A stretch of 64,000 nucleotides of DNA from Microbacterium sp. (GCF_047972865.1 NZ_JBKEAY010000072.1:959-64958), one strand, 5' to 3'; shown: positions 18,384-28,116, counted from the stretch's first letter. The notes: a model not told the origin generated them from the letters alone. Program-made: numbers and translations.

Positions 18384-18914
18384 TCAGATTCCCGTGGAGT
18401 CGGTCGGAAGGGGCGAAGCGACGGCCCGGAAGCCGCCGGAGTAGTGGACGAGCGGGTCGCTGTCGTCGAGCACGCCCGCGATGACCTCGGCGATCACGAT
18501 CTCGCTGTCACCGGCCGCGACCGTCTCGACGAGCTGCACCGACAGCCGCGAGGCGACACCGTGGATGCGGGGGATGCCGTCCGAGTCGGGTGACCAGGTG
18601 CCGTCGTCGGGGAACCGGCGCGTCCGGTCTGCGGCGAACCGGCGGGCCAGGTCGGCCTGCGCCGCGCTGAGCAGGTGCACCCCGGCGCGGCCGGTGGTGA
18701 GCAGAGCATCGCGCGACGAGGATGTGCGGTCGATGTTGAAGCTGATGAGCGGCGGGTCGACCGAGACCGATACGACCGAGATCGCCGTGAACCCGGTCGG
18801 ATGCTGCGCCGTTCCGCTCGTGACGACCCAGGTGCTGGAAGCGACCGCGCGGAAGACCTCGCGCAGGTCGGCGCGTGCAGCTCCCGTCGCGGCGGGGCAG
18901 GGCGTGGCGGTCAT
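18384..18914 (-). CDS. Flavin reductase family protein
   Basis: VVTS, GFTAISVVSVSVDPPL and AGDS motifs; directly upstream of sfnG. Confidence 0.87.
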   Translation of the reverse strand: MTATPCPAATGAARADLREVFRAVASSTWVVTSGTAQHPTGFTAISVVSVSVDPPLISFNIDRTSSSRDALLTTGRAGVHLLSAAQADLARRFAADRTRRFPDDGTWSPDSDGIPRIHGVASRLSVQLVETVAAGDSEIVIAEVIAGVLDDSDPLVHYSGGFRAVASPLPTDSTGI

Positions 18915-19023
18915 GGGCGCTTTCGGCGGAGGTCGGGCGGTGGACGAGCGGCCAGTCCACCACGCTCGCGCGCGCCGGTCAATCAGCGTGTCACACTGTT
19001 GCGAACTCGGGCCGCACCGTCAA

Positions 19024-20574
19024 TCAGGTCACCTGCACGGTGCGCTCGTGCCAGCCGGTAGCCCCATCGGGAGCGACCGGGGTGCGCTGCTCGGGCTGCG
19101 TGCTTCCGTCGGCGCCGGTGGCCCGGCATCGGATCGTGTGACGGCCCGGGGTCGCCGTCCACGGCATGCGCCACTGCACCCACGTGTCGGCGGAGATCGC
19201 GGTCGCGAGCGTCGCGGGCTGCCACGGGCCAGCGTCGACCTGGACCTCGACGCCGGTGATCCCGCTGTGCTGGTGCCACGCGACACCCGCGATCACGGTC
19301 TCTCCGGCGTCGATGCCGGCGCGAGGGACATCGATGCGCGACTGCAGTTTGACAGGTCCGCGCGCGGACCAGCCGCGGTCGGTCCAGTAGGCGCGGTCGC
19401 GGTCGAAGCGGGTGACGTAGAGTTCGGTCACCCACTTGGTGGCCGACACGTATCCGTACAGCCCGGGGACGACCATCCGCACCGGAAACCCGTGCTCGAC
19501 CGGCAGCGGCTCGCCGTTCATTCCCACCGCGAGCAGGGCGCCGCGCTCGTCGGTGAGCGCCTCCAGCGGGGTGGATGCCGTGAATCCGTCGACCGAACGC
19601 GACAGCACCATGTCGGCATCCGCGGTGGGGCGGGCCCGGGCCAGCAGATGACGGGTCGGGTACCCGAGCCACAGTGCATTGCCGATGAGGTCGCCGCCGA
19701 CGTCGTTCGAGACGCACGTGAGGGTGGTGTAGCTTTCCTCCAGCGGCAGGGCGAGCAGTTCCTCCCACGTGAGCTCCACCTCGTTCTCGACCATTCCGTG
19801 GACGCGCAGTCGCCAGTCGGCGGGGGCGACGTCGGGGACCACCAGGGCTGTGTCGATGCGGTAGAAGTCCGTGTTCGGGGTGACCACCGGTGCGAGACCG
19901 GGGAGGTCGAGCTCGGCGCCGACGGGAACGGGCGCGGCCGCGACGGCCGCGCGCGGCAGCCGGATGGCGGCGCGGACGGTGCGCACGGCCGATCCGCCCG
20001 CGCGTACCGCCTGCGCGCCGATCGCGGCGAGCACCCCGAGGGCGGTTGCCGTTCCGGTCCAGACCAGGAAGGCGCGGCGATCCGGTGCCGGCGTGGCGAG
20101 CCCATCCGTGGCGACTGCCGCGCGTGCCGGCGCCGTCCGCGCGGCGGGACCGGCACGACGGGCCAGGAGCGCGAGGGCAGCGGTGCCGATGACGCCCGAC
20201 ACGGCGGAAGGCACCCACCAGACCTGCTCGGCATCCGGCCGGGTCATCGCGACGATCACGCCGATCGCTCCCAGCGCGCCCAGGATCGCTGCACCCCACG
20301 GCGGGCGACGGCGCTGCACGATGCCCGCAAGCGCGGCGACGGCGAGCAGGACCAGCCCGATGCCGATGAGGAGCGCGAGCTTGTCGGCCGTGCCGAACAG
20401 GGCGATCGCAGTGTCCTTGGCCCACGGCGGGGCGGCGTCGATGAGCGCGCCCCCGATGACGGCAAACGGCGATGCCCCCGGTGCGAGCACCGCGGCGGTC
20501 AGGTCGCCGGCACCGGCAGCCACGACCGCCGCGGCGATGCCTGCCAGGGCTGACATCCGTGAAGCGCGCGTCAC
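19024..20574 (-). CDS. Membrane-anchored molybdopterin-dependent oxidoreductase (sulfite oxidase family)
   Basis: N-terminal TM helices; FYRIDTAL, LTCVSN (Mo-ligand Cys), MNGEPLPVEHGFP and PGLYGYVSATKW. Confidence 0.9.
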   Translation of the reverse strand: MTRASRMSALAGIAAAVVAAGAGDLTAAVLAPGASPFAVIGGALIDAAPPWAKDTAIALFGTADKLALLIGIGLVLLAVAALAGIVQRRRPPWGAAILGALGAIGVIVAMTRPDAEQVWWVPSAVSGVIGTAALALLARRAGPAARTAPARAAVATDGLATPAPDRRAFLVWTGTATALGVLAAIGAQAVRAGGSAVRTVRAAIRLPRAAVAAAPVPVGAELDLPGLAPVVTPNTDFYRIDTALVVPDVAPADWRLRVHGMVENEVELTWEELLALPLEESYTTLTCVSNDVGGDLIGNALWLGYPTRHLLARARPTADADMVLSRSVDGFTASTPLEALTDERGALLAVGMNGEPLPVEHGFPVRMVVPGLYGYVSATKWVTELYVTRFDRDRAYWTDRGWSARGPVKLQSRIDVPRAGIDAGETVIAGVAWHQHSGITGVEVQVDAGPWQPATLATAISADTWVQWRMPWTATPGRHTIRCRATGADGSTQPEQRTPVAPDGATGWHERTVQVT

Positions 20575-20639
20575 AGTTCGAGAGTACGAGCCGCCGCCCC
20601 GTGACGGGCTAGCCTCGGGAACACCGAAAGGAGTTCGTA

Positions 20640-21383
20640 ATGCCCGAGGTTGGGGGGCTGGGGTGGGTGTTGCTCGTGCTCGCCGCGATGGTCATCGGGC
20701 TGAGCAAGACCGCGCTGCCGGGCTCGGCCACCGTTGCGGTGGCACTGTTCGCCGCGGTGCTCCCCGCCAAGCAGTCCACCGGCACCATCCTCCTGCTGCT
20801 GGTGCTCGCCGACCTGTTCGCCGTCACCGCTTATCGGCGCCATGCGAACATCGCGGCACTGCTGCGGCTGGCGCCGGCGGTCCTGGTCGGACTGGCGGCG
20901 GGGGTGGCCTTCCTCGCCGTCGCCGACGACACACTCGTGCGGATCGTGATCGCCGTCATCCTGCTGTTCGTGATCGGCGTGACCCTGGCACGCCGGTGGA
21001 TGCGGCGAAGCGTGACCGGGGGCGGATCGCACCGGTTCGCGGCGGCCGTCTACGGCGCCCTCGGCGGGTTCACCACGATGGTCGCCAACGCGGCAGGGCC
21101 GGTCATGTCGATGTACTTCCTGGCATCCCGCTTCTCGGTGAAGGAGTTCCTCGGCACGGCTGCCTGGTTCTTCGCGATCGTCAACCTCATCAAGATCCCG
21201 TTCCTGATCTCCCTGGGCATGATCACTCCCGACGGGCTGGTCATCGATGCCGTGCTGGCCCCGATCGTCATCGTCGCCGCGCTGGTTGGGCGGTGGGTGG
21301 CCGCGAGAATCGACGCCGTGCTGTTCGAACGGCTGGTGATCGTGTTCACGATCATCGGAGCGGTGTATCTCCTGGCGACCTGA
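20640..21383 (+). CDS. Sulfite exporter TauE/SafE family protein
   Basis: GLSKTALPG and GFTTMVANAAGP motifs, about 8 TM helices; AAGGAG RBS. Confidence 0.88.
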   Translation: MPEVGGLGWVLLVLAAMVIGLSKTALPGSATVAVALFAAVLPAKQSTGTILLLLVLADLFAVTAYRRHANIAALLRLAPAVLVGLAAGVAFLAVADDTLVRIVIAVILLFVIGVTLARRWMRRSVTGGGSHRFAAAVYGALGGFTTMVANAAGPVMSMYFLASRFSVKEFLGTAAWFFAIVNLIKIPFLISLGMITPDGLVIDAVLAPIVIVAALVGRWVAARIDAVLFERLVIVFTIIGAVYLLAT

Positions 21384-21574
21384 CGGTCACGGTCGGCGTT
21401 TCGGCGGGTACTGCTCCCGAGGGGGTGCGGGCCGGTCGGCGTCCGGAATTCGGTCTCGGCATCGTCCTATGGGGTCTACGTCGGGGGAGCTCTGCCGCTG
21501 TCGGCGCGCCGCGAGTGAACGCGGACTGAACACTGAACGGGCCCGGGGCGCCGTCGGCACCTTACATTGGAGGG

Positions 21575-22666
21575 ATGCAGGTGCGCCGGATCGTCAGCGT
21601 GGTCTTCACCGACGTGCTGTTGCCGGTCGTCGTGTTCGCCGTCGTGGCGCTGCGCATTCCGGACCGGTGGACCAGCGGGCTGATCATCGCGGTGGTGATG
21701 GGAGTCGCGCTGCGCGTGCGCCGCTGTCTGCCGGTCGCCGCCGTCGTGATCGCCGCTCTCGCCCAGACGGCGCTGGTGTGGGAGGGCGTCCCCGCGGTCG
21801 GGGCTCCCGGAGTGATCGTCGTGCTGTTCTCGGCGAGCCTCACCCTGGGACCGCGGATGCTGGTGCTCGTCGCGGCAGCGGCCATGATCGGATTGGGCGC
21901 CGCCGAGATCGGCGTCGCGGCGGCGCGCGGCGGAACCCCCGACGTGCTTCCGCTGTTGCTCGTGTTCGCTTTCGGTGTCGCCGGCGGACTGGCGTGGCGC
22001 TACTACCGGTCGTACGTCGCGTCGGCGGCGCAGGAGGCGGCCGCATCCGCTCGGGTCGAAGCGGCTGAGCACCGCGTCGCCCTCTCGCGGGAGTTGCACG
22101 ACTCGATCGGTCACCAACTGGCCGTCATCAACCTCCACGCCCAGGTCGCGGCCGTCGCCGTCGATTCCGAGCGGGCCCGGGTGGCGCTCGGGCACGTGGC
22201 GGAGGCCACCCGGACGGCGATGTCGGAACTGAGCGAACTGGTCGCCCAGTTGCGCGACGGCAACGAGCCGTTGCGGCCCGCCGACCTCGACGAGCTGCGG
22301 GCGGGGCTGGTGGCGGCGGGGACGCTGGGCACGTTCGAGGTCGAGATGCCGACGGTCGTGCCTGCGACCGAGCGGGCCGCGTTCCGGATCGTGCAGGAAT
22401 CGATCACCAACGCGGGGCGTCACGCCCCCGGCGCGGTGGTCGACGTCCGTGTCGCCGGAGACGACACCGAGATCGACGTGCGGGTGCGCAACGGCCCCTC
22501 GGGCATGCCGCCGCCGCCCATCGCGGGTGGGGGACATGGACTGGCGGGACTACGCGAACGGGTGACGACACTGGGGGGTACGATCGACGCCGCCCCCACC
22601 GACGACGGCGGATTCGAGGTGCGCGCGCGCCTGCCGATCGGCGCGGCGATCGGCGGTGCCGCGTGA
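21575..22666 (+). CDS. Sensor histidine kinase (HisKA_3 type)
   Basis: TM N-terminus; RELHDSIGH, RIVQESITNAGRHA and GHGLAGLRER. Confidence 0.92.
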   Translation: MQVRRIVSVVFTDVLLPVVVFAVVALRIPDRWTSGLIIAVVMGVALRVRRCLPVAAVVIAALAQTALVWEGVPAVGAPGVIVVLFSASLTLGPRMLVLVAAAAMIGLGAAEIGVAAARGGTPDVLPLLLVFAFGVAGGLAWRYYRSYVASAAQEAAASARVEAAEHRVALSRELHDSIGHQLAVINLHAQVAAVAVDSERARVALGHVAEATRTAMSELSELVAQLRDGNEPLRPADLDELRAGLVAAGTLGTFEVEMPTVVPATERAAFRIVQESITNAGRHAPGAVVDVRVAGDDTEIDVRVRNGPSGMPPPPIAGGGHGLAGLRERVTTLGGTIDAAPTDDGGFEVRARLPIGAAIGGAA

Positions 22667-23322
22667 TCAGGATCGCCCTGGCCGACGACCAGACACTCAT
22701 CCGCGGTGGACTGCGCGCGCTCCTGGACGCCGAGTCCGACCTCACCGTCGTCGGCGAGGCCGGCACCGGCCGGGATGCCGTCGCACTTGCGCGGCGAGAG
22801 CGTCCCGACGTGCTGGTGATGGACATCCGGATGCCCGATGGCGACGGCCTGTGGGCGACGGAGCAGATCACCGTCGACCCGCGCCTGACGGACGTACGCG
22901 TGCTGGTGCTCACCACGTTCGAGCAGGACGACCACACCTTCCGGGCGCTCCGCGCCGGGGCCGCGGGATTCCTGGGGAAGGGCGGCGATGTCGCGACCTT
23001 CTGCGATGCGGTGCGCACCGTCCACCGCGGCGAACGCCTGCTGTCGCCGACGGCGACCGCCGCGCTCGTCGAGCGCTTCCTCGCGACCCCGGCCTTGGGA
23101 CAGTCAGCATCTCTGGCGCACCTCACCGCACGCGAACGTGAGATCGTCGCGCTGGTCGGGGCCGGACTGTCCAACGACGAGATCGCCGCGCGACTGGTCA
23201 TCTCGCCGTTGACGGCGAAGACTCACGTGACCCGCGCGATGACCAAGAGCGGGTGCCGCGATCGTGCCCAGCTCGTGGTGCTGGCGTACGAGTCGGGTCT
23301 GGTGATACCCCGCGGGGGGTAG
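22663..23322 (+). CDS. NarL/LuxR family response regulator
   Basis: ADDQ and MDIRMP receiver motifs; HTH LTARERE...GLSNDEIA...TAKTHV. Confidence 0.94.
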   Translation: MIRIALADDQTLIRGGLRALLDAESDLTVVGEAGTGRDAVALARRERPDVLVMDIRMPDGDGLWATEQITVDPRLTDVRVLVLTTFEQDDHTFRALRAGAAGFLGKGGDVATFCDAVRTVHRGERLLSPTATAALVERFLATPALGQSASLAHLTAREREIVALVGAGLSNDEIAARLVISPLTAKTHVTRAMTKSGCRDRAQLVVLAYESGLVIPRGG

Positions 23323-23402
23323 CCAACATGCCTCCCCAGGGAGGACGCTGCGGCGGCGCGCACACGCGAGTGTGGAGTCGACACAGACGAAAGGTGCCCA
23401 CG

Positions 23403-23990
23403 ATGACCACCCCCGCACACACGAACGATCCGTCGGTCGGTGCCGTCGCCGCGGCACCTCTCATCCCGTCGTCCGTCCCCAACCCGCTACGCACCGCGGC
23501 TGACCTCGCTTCCGTGGTCGCCGCGGTGCTGGTGGCGGCGATCTTCGGATTCTTCTACGCGTGGGTGTGCTCCACGTTGTGGGGCCTCGACGCCGCCGAT
23601 CCGCGCGTCGCGATCGAGGCGATGCAGGCGATGAACGCCTCGGTGCGCAACCCGGTGTTCTTCGTGTCCTTCTTCCTCACCCCGGTGGCACTCGCCGTCG
23701 CGGCGCTCCTGTCCTGGGCACGCAACGCCCGGATCCCCGCCGTCCTGTTCGGCGTCGCCGCCGCGCTGTATACCGTCGGCGGCATACTTCTCACGTCGAC
23801 GATCAACGTGCCGTGGAACGAGGCCCTCGCAATGGTGACGGTACCGGCATCCGTCGACGAGGCCGCCGCCATCTGGCAGGAATACTCCGGCAAGTGGCAG
23901 ATCGCCAACCTCGTCCGCACCGTCGTGTCGGGGGTGTGCGTCGTGCTCACCGCGATCGGCCTGCTACAGCTCGGACGCGCCCGCCGCTGA
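23403..23990 (+). CDS. DUF1772 / anthrone oxygenase family membrane protein
   Basis: AMQAMNASVRNP, NVPWNEAL and WQIANLVRT motifs. Confidence 0.8.
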   Translation: MTTPAHTNDPSVGAVAAAPLIPSSVPNPLRTAADLASVVAAVLVAAIFGFFYAWVCSTLWGLDAADPRVAIEAMQAMNASVRNPVFFVSFFLTPVALAVAALLSWARNARIPAVLFGVAAALYTVGGILLTSTINVPWNEALAMVTVPASVDEAAAIWQEYSGKWQIANLVRTVVSGVCVVLTAIGLLQLGRARR

Positions 23991-24077
23991 CCCCCGAGGG
24001 CGCGGTCCGGGCGCGGCAGCGACCGTGTCGAGGTCGGAGAAACACCGTCGTCATCTCGCGCGGGCTAGGCTCATCCC

Positions 24078-25763
24078 ATGGGTGACTTGTTCGACGCGTA
24101 CGGCTCGACGATGGTGCCGCGGAAGACGGCTTCCGGGGTGCCTCCCTTCGACGAAATGTTCACCGCGCCACCGCAGTCGCGGGAGGCCTACCGTGAGCTC
24201 TATCAGGCGCTCGCGCAGATGACGCAGGAGGAGCTGCGGGGGCGTACCGAATCCCTCGCAAGTTCCTACTTGGCGCAGGGCGTCACGTTCGACTTCGCCG
24301 GTGAGGAACGGCCGTTCCCGCTCGATGCCGTTCCGCGCGTGATCCCGTTCGACGAATGGTCTCGGATCGAGAAGGGCGTGCAGCAGCGGGTGCGGGCGCT
24401 GGAGGCGTTCCTCGACGACGCGTACGGCCATCAGCACTGCGTCAACGACGGGGTGCTGCCGGCGGGTCTCATCGCCTCGTCGCAGTACTTCTACCGGCAG
24501 GCCGCCGGCATCCACTCCGCCAACGGGGTGCGCATCCAGGTGGGCGGCATCGACCTCATCCGCGACGAGCACGGCGAGATGCGCGTGCTCGAGGACAACG
24601 TCCGGGTGCCGTCCGGGGTGAGCTACGTCATCTCCAACCGGAGGATGATGGCGCAGACCCTCCCGGAGCTGTTCGTCTCGATGCGGGTGCGCCCGGTGGG
24701 GGACTACCCCAACAAATTGCTGCAGGCGCTGCGGGCATCCGCTCCCCCTGGAGTCGACGACCCGAACGTGGTGGTGCTGACGCCCGGTGTCTACAACTCG
24801 GCGTACTACGAGCACACGCTGCTCGCCCGCCTCATGGGTGTCGAGCTCGTCGAAGGACGAGACCTGCTGTGCATGGGTGGCAAGGTGTTCATGCGCACCA
24901 CCCGGGGACCCAAACGGGTCGACGTCATCTACCGTCGCGTCGACGACGACTTCCTGGACCCACTGCAGTTCCGCGCCGATTCCATGCTCGGCGCGCCTGG
25001 CCTCATGCTCGCGGCGCGGCTGGGCAACGTCACGATTGCCAACGCGGTCGGCAACGGCGTCGCCGACGACAAGCTGTTGTATACCTACGTGCCCGACCTC
25101 ATCCGCTACTACCTCGCCGAAGAGCCCATCCTCAAGAACGTCGACACCTGGCGGCTCGAGGAGCCGGCCGCACTGGAGGAGGTGCTCGATCGCCTCGACG
25201 AGCTGGTCGTCAAGCCCGTCGACGGCTCCGGCGGCAAGGGCCTGGTCGTCGGGCCGGACGCGTCGCCGGCCGAACTCGAGAAACTGCGGCGCAAGCTGCT
25301 GGCCGACCCGCGCGGCTGGATCGCGCAGCCGGTCGTGATGCTCTCCACTATCCCGACACTTGTCGAAGACGGTGTCCAGCCGCGCCACGCCGACCTGCGG
25401 CCGTTCGCGGTCAACAACGGCGACGAGGTGTGGGTGCTCCCCGGCGGGCTGACCCGGGTGGCACTGCCGGAGGGGCAGTTGGTCGTCAACTCCAGTCAGG
25501 GCGGTGGCTCGAAGGACACCTGGGTGGTCGGCGGTGCCGCTCCCGGCTCCGTCGAGTACGGGCAGCGACGGCAGCCAGACGTGGCCGAGATCGTCGAGGA
25601 GCAGTCGGCGGTGACGGAGGCGATCTCGATCATCTACGACGTGCAGCAGGCTCAAGTGCACTCACCGCAAGACACGCCGCGCTCGTCGGTGGAGCAGCAG
25701 GAGCAGCAGCAGCAGTCCGCGTCCGCGCGGCCCGAGACACAGGGAGGTGAGTCCGGATGCTGA
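24078..25763 (+). CDS. Circularly permuted type 2 ATP-grasp protein
   Basis: LEDNVRVPSGVSY, DVIYRRVDDDFLDP, KPVDGSGGKG, DLRPF and VVNSSQGGGSKDTWV. Confidence 0.93.
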   Translation: MGDLFDAYGSTMVPRKTASGVPPFDEMFTAPPQSREAYRELYQALAQMTQEELRGRTESLASSYLAQGVTFDFAGEERPFPLDAVPRVIPFDEWSRIEKGVQQRVRALEAFLDDAYGHQHCVNDGVLPAGLIASSQYFYRQAAGIHSANGVRIQVGGIDLIRDEHGEMRVLEDNVRVPSGVSYVISNRRMMAQTLPELFVSMRVRPVGDYPNKLLQALRASAPPGVDDPNVVVLTPGVYNSAYYEHTLLARLMGVELVEGRDLLCMGGKVFMRTTRGPKRVDVIYRRVDDDFLDPLQFRADSMLGAPGLMLAARLGNVTIANAVGNGVADDKLLYTYVPDLIRYYLAEEPILKNVDTWRLEEPAALEEVLDRLDELVVKPVDGSGGKGLVVGPDASPAELEKLRRKLLADPRGWIAQPVVMLSTIPTLVEDGVQPRHADLRPFAVNNGDEVWVLPGGLTRVALPEGQLVVNSSQGGGSKDTWVVGGAAPGSVEYGQRRQPDVAEIVEEQSAVTEAISIIYDVQQAQVHSPQDTPRSSVEQQEQQQQSASARPETQGGESGC

Positions 25764-26689
25764 GCCGCATCGCCGAATCGCTGTTCTGGATCGGCCGGTA
25801 CATCGAGCGCTCCGACGGCACCGCCCGCATCCTCGATGTGCATCTGCAGCTCCTTCTGGAGGATCCGTGGGTCGACGAAGACACCGCGTGCCGCTCCCTC
25901 ATGGGGGTGATGGGGTCGTTCCCGCCTGAAGACGAGGGGCGGATCACCCGCGGCTCGCTCCTGATGCACCTGGCCGTCGATCGCAGCAACCCGTCGAGCA
26001 TCGCGTACGCCGTGCAATCGGCGCGCGAGAACGCCCGTCGCGCACGCGAGATCGTGTCGACGGAGCTGTGGGAGACGCTCAACACCACCTATTCGCGCAT
26101 GCCGCGTCGACTCAACGACGAAAAGGTGCACGAGTTTTTCCAGTGGGTGCGCGAGCGGGCCGCGCTGGCGGTCGGCATCACCGACAATTCGACCAGCCGT
26201 GACGAGTCGTGGCAGTTCTTCACGCTCGGGCGTGCGATCGAACGCACCGACATGACCGCGCGCATGCTGGCCACGCGGTCGCTGACGGAGGCATCCGGCC
26301 CATCATGGACGACCATCCTCCGCTCCTGCGGCGCCTACGAGGCGTACTTGCGGACCTACCGCGGCATGCCGGGGGCCAGCAACGCCGCGGAGTTCCTCAT
26401 TCTGGACCGGCTGTTCCCGCGGTCGATCATCCACTCCATCCAGACCGCGGAGGACTGCATGCGGGCGATCGACCCGGTCGCCGACCGGGTCGGCCACTCC
26501 AACGCCGTCCTGCGGGCGCTGGGCCGGATGCGCAACGACCTGGAGTACCGTCCCATCGGCGAACTGCTCGGTGAGCTGCCGCTGCACATGGACCGCGTCC
26601 AGAAGGTGACGCGGGAGGCATCTGAGGCGATCCGCGGGCGGTTCTTCCCGACGCACGCCGAGCCGAGCTGGATCGGAGAGAGTTCATGA
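25757..26689 (+). CDS. Alpha-E domain-containing protein
   Basis: MLSRIAESLFWIGRYIER, ARENARRAR, GRAIERTD and FPRSI. Confidence 0.92.
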   Translation: MLSRIAESLFWIGRYIERSDGTARILDVHLQLLLEDPWVDEDTACRSLMGVMGSFPPEDEGRITRGSLLMHLAVDRSNPSSIAYAVQSARENARRAREIVSTELWETLNTTYSRMPRRLNDEKVHEFFQWVRERAALAVGITDNSTSRDESWQFFTLGRAIERTDMTARMLATRSLTEASGPSWTTILRSCGAYEAYLRTYRGMPGASNAAEFLILDRLFPRSIIHSIQTAEDCMRAIDPVADRVGHSNAVLRALGRMRNDLEYRPIGELLGELPLHMDRVQKVTREASEAIRGRFFPTHAEPSWIGESS

Positions 26690-27531
26690 AGCGTCTGCGC
26701 ATCGAGCACGCGACCGGATTCACCTACCCCGACGAGGTGGGCGCGAGCTACAACGAGGCCCGCATGCTGCCGGGGTCGTCGGACAGTCAGTTCGTGCTCA
26801 GCGCGCAGCTCGACATCGAACCGTCCACCGGGGTCAACCACTACACCGACTACTTCGGGACCCGGGTGGCCTCGTTCGACGTGCTCGCCAGCCACTCGGC
26901 GCTCATGATCACGGCGCGTTCGCTGATCGAGGTGCGCGAGCGGCCGGTCGAGCTCTCCGACCTGGGGTGGGACGAGCTGCGGGTCGAGGCGGCCGGGTCG
27001 GTGAGAACCGTCGAGATGCTCGGGCAGACCCCACTGACCGACCCGCCGGACGAGGTGGTCGAACTGGCCCGCCGCCTCGCCGGCCAGCACGCCGCGCCCT
27101 CGCAGGCGGCCCTCGCAATCGCGCGCGCGATCGGTGATGCTGTCGAATACATGCCGGGTGTCACCGGTGTCCATTCCACGTCCGCCGAAGCGTGGGCCGA
27201 ACGCAAGGGCGTGTGCCAGGACATCACGCACATCACCCTGGGTGCGCTGCGTTCGGTGGGCATCCCGACCCGGTACGTGTCGGGCTACCTGCATCCGCAT
27301 CCGAACGCCCTGATCGGTGAGCCGGTCGACGGGGAGTCGCACGCGTGGGTGGAATGGTACGACGGGTCCTGGCAAGGATTCGATCCCACCAACAACATCG
27401 ACATCGGCGACCGTCACGTTCGGGTCGGACATGGCCGCGACTACAGCGACGTTGCGCCGTTGCGTGGAGTGTACGCGGGTGGCGACAAGGGAGACCTGGT
27501 CGTGAAGGTGACCATTACTCGTGAGGCATAG
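26686..27531 (+). CDS. Transglutaminase family protein
   Basis: Catalytic triad in GVCQD / SHAW / FDPTN; GRDYSDV. Confidence 0.92.
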   Translation: MKRLRIEHATGFTYPDEVGASYNEARMLPGSSDSQFVLSAQLDIEPSTGVNHYTDYFGTRVASFDVLASHSALMITARSLIEVRERPVELSDLGWDELRVEAAGSVRTVEMLGQTPLTDPPDEVVELARRLAGQHAAPSQAALAIARAIGDAVEYMPGVTGVHSTSAEAWAERKGVCQDITHITLGALRSVGIPTRYVSGYLHPHPNALIGEPVDGESHAWVEWYDGSWQGFDPTNNIDIGDRHVRVGHGRDYSDVAPLRGVYAGGDKGDLVVKVTITREA

Positions 27532-27645
27532 ACCTCAGATCGGCGGAATCCGCCCTGTGGATCATTCCTGACGGGGAATGATCCGGTTGCTAGTCTCGCT
27601 GTCACGCCGCCGGAGCGGGGAGCGGCACGACGAGGGAGGCAACTC

Positions 27646-28098
27646 ATGGATGGAACCCCACAGATCGGACGGCCTACGGCCGCTTTTGTCGGTGCGAGCT
27701 GGGTGGCGCTGGGACTAGGTGCAGTCGTGTTCTTCATCGGACTGTGGAACGCGCGCATGCTCCTCAGCGAGAAGGGCTATTTCCTCGCGGTGTTCTTGCT
27801 CGGGTTGTTCGCCGCCATCGCGGTGCAGAAGGCGGTGCGCGACCGTGCCGAGGCGGTCCCGGTCACCCCGGTCTTCATTGGGGTCTCGTGGGCCATGCTC
27901 ATCATTGCGGTCGTCATGATGGCGATCGGCCTGTGGAACGCCGAACTGCTCCTCAGCGAGAAGGGCTTTTACGGCATCGGCTTCGCGATGAGTCTGTTCG
28001 CGGTGGTTGCGGTGCAGAAGAACGTGCGTGACCTGGCCGCCTACCGGGAGGCCCACCCCGAGCACAGCACGTACTCGGGTCACACCGACGAGGTGTGA
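27646..28098 (+). CDS. yiaA: Inner membrane protein YiaA (two YiaAB repeats)
   Basis: Duplicated GLWNA..LSEKG(Y/F)...AVQKxVRD. Confidence 0.88.
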   Translation: MDGTPQIGRPTAAFVGASWVALGLGAVVFFIGLWNARMLLSEKGYFLAVFLLGLFAAIAVQKAVRDRAEAVPVTPVFIGVSWAMLIIAVVMMAIGLWNAELLLSEKGFYGIGFAMSLFAVVAVQKNVRDLAAYREAHPEHSTYSGHTDEV

Positions 28099-28116
28099 CA
28101 GCACTCGCACCTTGCG

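Noticed and set aside
18914..19024. SAM riboswitch or Cys-rich leader peptide before the sfn operon
   Set aside because: The spacer is only about 110 nt, and I could not find a recognisable aptamer core or a plausible leader ORF.
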